Positions 59,100 through 64,000 of a DNA stretch of 64,000 bases are shown piece by piece. The notes beneath the pieces were generated by a model. The model saw nothing but the letters and a program-made list of their open reading frames with translations, made no database searches and had not been told where the DNA came from. The translations under genes were made by a program, and so were the position numbers. Origin of the DNA: Azolla caroliniana (Eukaryota > Plantae > Polypodiophyta); contig JBHGNT010000001.1 of assembly GCA_043228905.1 (NCBI GenBank), forward strand, positions 2,914,001-2,978,000. Reading direction: 5' to 3'. The stretch's first letter is position 1. Every line of letters starts with the position of its first letter.

Positions 59100-59960
59100 T
59101 AACAGTAACAATGTTCATAAATATGCTAGCTCTTGATTAGTTACAACTAAGTTGGACACTTATTGATGGCTCATATGTAATCAATATTTGTTTCCTCTCT
59201 ACGCAATACAAGGCATGCATAACACGAACCACATTGGAAAGGGGCATCCCAAACTTATTCTGGTTGTATATTCAATTCATAAAAAACACAATATACCATC
59301 TTTTGATGAATTCCTAATGAGGCAAAACGATCATTTCAAGGATCCATCATTATTGACATCAATGACAAACTCAAAATATTTGTTCATAACAAATTGATAT
59401 AAAACTTGAGCCAAACTTGGACCATTCAAGTTGTCTCTTTATTCTAGCTCCACTACATTGTGGAATTCTTTGGCAATACTTGTATGGTTACTAAATTCCG
59501 ACTTCAACATGTCTAGAATTCCCTTAACTTGAACAACATTATTTGATAATGCTATAACTCTTGATTTTCTTTTGACTTCAAGTGTCATGCAATGGTGAGA
59601 CATGTAGGATTAACTATTGGTTCATGAGAATGCTCATTGAAAGTATGAGAAATCTTCCAAACATTGAGATTTTTAAAATATTTAGCAATAATTCCAATGG
59701 GGCAATCAACGAGTCTTGTTTCTATATGCTTTCCATTTTCCACTAAGATAGTCCTCTTTTGGTGGGTTTTGCCCGGATCACACTTCAACCAACCGTATTT
59801 TGCATGGATAATGATTCTCGATTGTGGTAAAATATTTGTTGGCTTCCCAAAACTCTTTGACATATGGAAGCAGTGATTCTTTGGTAGGAAAAGTTGTAAT
59901 AAGATCCATAATAAAAAATGAAGAAACATGTAGATGAAGAAGGGAAAAGGAAAAGGGAAA
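59100..59960 (-). pseudogene. Degenerate Mutator-like (MULE/FAR1-type) transposase fragment
   Basis: TRLVDCPIGI.....WKISHTFNEHSHE resembles the FAR1-type zinc finger. MN*IYNQNKFGMPLSNVV resembles the MULE D.TY.TNK..MPL motif. Stops and frameshifts are present. Confidence 0.6.
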
Positions 59961-60260
59961 GACCGCAAAGAGGATAGAAGGGAGATCCCTATCCACAAAT
60001 TTATGGTTGATTAGCCTGGTTTTGAATTTGCCTAACATTAGAGTAGAGGACCCTCACCCCTTTGTTGTTATTAGTATTGTTGTGCTCCTAATTACATATG
60101 GTAAGTGCTAAGCATTGTCATGCCCTTATATTTTCATTTGTGTTAATTACTTATCTTTTATCTCTGGTGTCTACTCTCCTTTAACTCTATTGATTAAGTG
60201 ATCTTAAGAAGGGTGTGTTGAATAATTAAGTGTTTTGCACTTGATGAAGTATAATCAATA

Positions 60261-63200
60261 TGTTGAGATTACGGTCCCTTCGGATGGGATGGTCGGATGT
60301 CGGAGATGAATGCCGACGAGCCCGGTTTCGGTTTCGGATCCGGATGACGAAGACCCCGGCTTCGGTGCCGGATGACGAATGTACCCGGAGAGCGATCCGG
60401 ATGCAGGGACATATCCGTGAATATGTTCGCTATGGGCCCCTGAGGCTATAGTTGTAAATAGCCCAAAGTCGTATAAGTATAAATATGACTTAGGGCAAAC
60501 TGTTTTGTTGTTGCTTCTCATTTTTTCTGTTTTTCCACTTTAGAGGAGTGAAGAGGGAGCAGCCGTGAGAGAGAGAGAGATAGAGCGCGAGAGAGGAAGA
60601 GGACGACGCCTCTGTGTATTTCCGCCGCCTGTGGCGAGGACAGCGAGCTCAAGGTCGTCGCCTTGGAGCTCGTCATTGTATACTTCTCTTTGTATAGTGT
60701 TGTTTGGAGTCTTGTACTCCCGTGGTTTTTCCCATCTAGGGTTTTCCACGTTAATCCCTGTGTACTCGTGTATTTCTCTCTTTGGTTCCTATTTTCTGCT
60801 GCATTGATCCGCGATTACTCGGTTGTGGCCGAGCGAAGAAGGTGAATCGAAGCGTTGATTCCCAACAATCTGGTATCAGAGCGACTGTTGCAGAAAATGG
60901 AAGGCGGCGGCAGCGGGCAGCCGGGGATGATGGTGCTGAATGCACAGAATTACGCCGACTGGAAGATCAAGATGGAGTTTCTTCTGATTGTTCGGGACCT
61001 GTACGAACCGATTGACAGGTCGGAAATACCGAAAGGGGTACTTGAGTCGGAATGGAGGCTTCTGAACCGGAAAGCCGTTGCAACCATTCGGCAATACGTC
61101 GACGTGAGCGTCCTACAACATGTGGCAAACGACACCAACGCATATGAAATGTGGAAGAAGCTGTCGGGCCTCTACGAGAGGAAGAATGTGTTGAATCGGA
61201 CCTCCCTGATGAGGAAGATAGTGAATCTCAAGTACCGGGACGGCGAGAGTATGGTGGAACACGTAAGCACGTTCATGGGATTCGTGAATCAGCTTGCGGC
61301 GATCAAGTTCCCGTTGGAGGATGCAATGCAAGCCATCATCCTGATGTGTACATTGCCGGAAAGCTGGGAGAACTTGGTGGTGACCCTCAGCACCTCCTGC
61401 ACCGAAGATAACTTGTCCTTGCAAACGGTAAAGACAAGTATTTTGAACGAAGAAGCGCGTCGGAGAGATAAAGAACCGGCCTCCGACCCGAAGGCGCTGC
61501 TTACCGAATCGGATCGGGGAAGACAATGGAACCGGAGTCCGCAAAGACGGGAGAAGTCGGGGACCCGGTCGCAGTCAAGAGGAAGGCCCACATGCTTCCA
61601 CTGTGGGAAGCCGGGGCACTTCCGAAAGAATTGTCGGCATTACCGAAAAGACAACGGAGCCGACGACACCGATTCGAAGAAGTCACCGGAGAGAAACGGT
61701 GCATACCGGGGAGCCACGGACCGGAGAGGTTCGGATCGGCGAGGGCAGGACCGGAAAGGAACAACGGCACTCGCGGCAAGTGAGGAAGAAATCATGCTCA
61801 TCACCGAAGAAGGTGAACTAAACGTTGCCGGCGATGAGACGACCTGGGTGGTCGATTCCGGAGCATCGTTCCACCTGACCCCGGAGAGAAGATACTTCTC
61901 ATCCTACACAGCCGGTGAGCATGGCTGTGTTCGGATGGGAAATGAAGGTACGTGCCGGATTGCCGGCATAGGAGACGTGTGGTTGACAACCCCGACCGGA
62001 TGCAAAATGCTGCTGAAGGATGTCCGACACGTTCCGGAGGTTCGATTGAACCTGATTTCGGCCGGGAGGCTAGACGATGAAGGCTACGCAGGTAGCATCC
62101 GGAACGGCGTAATGAAGTTCAGCAAGGGGAGCCTGATAGTGGCTCGGGCCCGGAAAGACAACACACTGTACCTGATGAATGCCCGGTTATGTCCGGAAGA
62201 GCTGAATGTGGCAGCCGACACTGCCGGTGAGCTGTGGCACAAAAGACTGTGCCACATGAGTGAGAAGGGGATGAAGAGGCTTGCAGAAGACAACCTTATT
62301 CCAGTGAAGCACGTGCACCTGGAGAAGTGCACCGATTGCCTGGCCGGTAAGCAGAACCGAGCCTCCTTCCACTCAAGGCCACCGACGAGACGTAGTGTAC
62401 CATTGGAGTTGGTACACACTGATGTGTGTCAAGTAGAAACGAAGTCACATGGCGGAGCCCAGTACTTCGTGACATTCATTGATGACCACAGCCGGAAGCT
62501 GTGGACGGCACCGATGAAGACAAAGGACCAAGTGTTGTCCGTCTTCAAAGAACTCCACGCGAGAGTGGAAAGAGAATCCGGCAAGAAGCTGAAAGCGATA
62601 CGAGCGGATAACGGAGGGGAATACCGGGGACAGTTCCAGGAGTACTGTCGCTCGAAGGGAATCCGGCTCGAGTTTACTGTGCCGAAGACGCCGGAACTGA
62701 ACGGGCTGGCCGAGAGGATGAACCGGACCATAATGGAGAGGGTCCGGAGTATGCTGGCGCATGCGAAATTACCCAAGGGGTTTTGGGCTGAGGCAATGTC
62801 GACGACGACATATGTGATAAACCGATCACCCTCAGTACCTTTGGACGGAGACACGCCGCAGAGAGTGTGGACCGGTAGGGAAATATCTTACCGGCATCTG
62901 AAGGTGTTCGGGTGTCTCGCATACGTGCATGTGGCAAAGGACCGGAGAGGAAAGCTAGATCCGAAGACCCGGCCATGCATATTCCTCGGTTACGGCGACG
63001 ACGAGTTCGGCTACCGAGTATGGGACCCGGTCGACAAGAAGATATTCAGGAGTCGAGATATCGTCTTTATGGAGGACAAGACACTCGCCGACTGGGAGTC
63101 GGAGAAGAAGATGAAGAGCTCCAAGTCGACCGGTGAGGATAAACTCTACGAGGAGCAGTCCCGACCGGCAAGGGACCGGTTAGCACTCGAGGATCCGGCC

Positions 63201-64000
63201 GAAGACGGTGAAGAAACCGAACCGGCCGAAGAAGACGAAGATGATACCGGAACCGGCCCCGATCCCGAAATGGATTCGGATGAAGAAGAAGAATCGGAAG
63301 AACCGGTTACCGAAGCTCCCGAACGGAGATATCCTCTAAGAGAGAGGAGGGCCCCCCGGAGATTTCCGGATCCAGAGCACGTGCTGCTAACCGACGAGGG
63401 GGAGCCGGAGAGCTTTGAAGAAGCAAAGCACGACACCCAGAGCCGCAGGTGGTTGAGTGCCATGCAGGACGAGATGGATTCCCTGCATGAGAACCACACA
63501 TATGAACTTGTGGAGTTGCCGAAAGGAAAGCGGGCACTTCGAAACAAGTGGGTGTTCAAGCTGAAACCGGGAGATGCCGGAAACCCCCCGAGATACAAAG
63601 CCAGGATCGTGGTGAAGGGGTTTCAGCAGAAGAAGGGCGTCGACTTCGACGAGATATTTGCCCCGGTAGTGAAGATGACCTCCATCCGGACGGTGCTGAG
63701 CATAGCGGCAAGCATGGACCTCGAGGTAGAACAGATGGACGTGAAGACGGCATTCCTTCACGGTGACCTCGATGAAGAGATCTACATGCAACAACCGGAA
63801 GGATTCGAGAAGAAAGGGAAGGAGCACCTGGTATGCCGGTTGAAGAAGAGCCTTTACGGACTGAAGCAGGCTCCCCGGCAATGGTACCGGAAATTCGACT
63901 CCTTCATGACCGACGAAGGGTACCTCAAAACGCAGTCCGACCACTGCGTGTTTGTGAAGAAGTTCGAAGGCGGAGACTCTCTAATACTCCTCCTGTACGT
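60261..64000 (+). mobile_element. Second copy of the same Copia family, truncated by the window end
   Basis: 5' LTR at 60261-60867 (607 bp, TG...CA), PBS TGGTATCAGAGC at 60871, and an internal region colinear with 43067 onward. The expected TSD is CAATA. Confidence 0.96.
60897..64000 (+). CDS. Copia Gag-Pol polyprotein, partial (open to the window edge within RT)
   Basis: ATG at 60897 (MEGGGSGQPGMMVLN), with the same domain motifs as 43097-47170. It is missing from the ORF track, which is consistent with no stop codon before the window end. Confidence 0.88.
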   Translation, partial: MEGGGSGQPGMMVLNAQNYADWKIKMEFLLIVRDLYEPIDRSEIPKGVLESEWRLLNRKAVATIRQYVDVSVLQHVANDTNAYEMWKKLSGLYERKNVLNRTSLMRKIVNLKYRDGESMVEHVSTFMGFVNQLAAIKFPLEDAMQAIILMCTLPESWENLVVTLSTSCTEDNLSLQTVKTSILNEEARRRDKEPASDPKALLTESDRGRQWNRSPQRREKSGTRSQSRGRPTCFHCGKPGHFRKNCRHYRKDNGADDTDSKKSPERNGAYRGATDRRGSDRRGQDRKGTTALAASEEEIMLITEEGELNVAGDETTWVVDSGASFHLTPERRYFSSYTAGEHGCVRMGNEGTCRIAGIGDVWLTTPTGCKMLLKDVRHVPEVRLNLISAGRLDDEGYAGSIRNGVMKFSKGSLIVARARKDNTLYLMNARLCPEELNVAADTAGELWHKRLCHMSEKGMKRLAEDNLIPVKHVHLEKCTDCLAGKQNRASFHSRPPTRRSVPLELVHTDVCQVETKSHGGAQYFVTFIDDHSRKLWTAPMKTKDQVLSVFKELHARVERESGKKLKAIRADNGGEYRGQFQEYCRSKGIRLEFTVPKTPELNGLAERMNRTIMERVRSMLAHAKLPKGFWAEAMSTTTYVINRSPSVPLDGDTPQRVWTGREISYRHLKVFGCLAYVHVAKDRRGKLDPKTRPCIFLGYGDDEFGYRVWDPVDKKIFRSRDIVFMEDKTLADWESEKKMKSSKSTGEDKLYEEQSRPARDRLALEDPAEDGEETEPAEEDEDDTGTGPDPEMDSDEEEESEEPVTEAPERRYPLRERRAPRRFPDPEHVLLTDEGEPESFEEAKHDTQSRRWLSAMQDEMDSLHENHTYELVELPKGKRALRNKWVFKLKPGDAGNPPRYKARIVVKGFQQKKGVDFDEIFAPVVKMTSIRTVLSIAASMDLEVEQMDVKTAFLHGDLDEEIYMQQPEGFEKKGKEHLVCRLKKSLYGLKQAPRQWYRKFDSFMTDEGYLKTQSDHCVFVKKFEGGDSLILLLY

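Overview
This is plant nuclear DNA, most likely from a fern (inferred from the style of the long intronless PLS-PPR gene, the plant-type tRNA, U6 and snoRNA sequences, and the retroelement types). The left half (1-30 kb) is gene space. It holds the 3' part of tRNA-Thr(CGU), a PLS-E PPR gene, a cluster of three box C/D snoRNAs behind a site II/telo-box promoter, and a small spliced A_thal_3526-family gene that the ORF track does not assemble. It also holds a ~245-bp tandem array, a multi-exon long-chain acyl-CoA synthetase, a U6 retrocopy with a target-site duplication (TSD), and an ASG1/At2g24100-like gene. The right half (33-64 kb) is a nest of transposons. A decayed LINE is interrupted by a tRNA-Trp-primed gag-bearing LTR element and by an intact Copia whose LTRs look identical. 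A second Trp-primed gag-only element has a chimeric LTR end. LINE and MULE remnants follow, and a second open Copia copy runs off the window. The most interesting signals are the snoRNA cluster, the Trp-primed elements with 4-bp ACGN target sites, apparent (GA)n-targeted retroposition, and strong CCGG enrichment in the young Copia. Matches to reference RNAs and protein families are from recall, not database searches.
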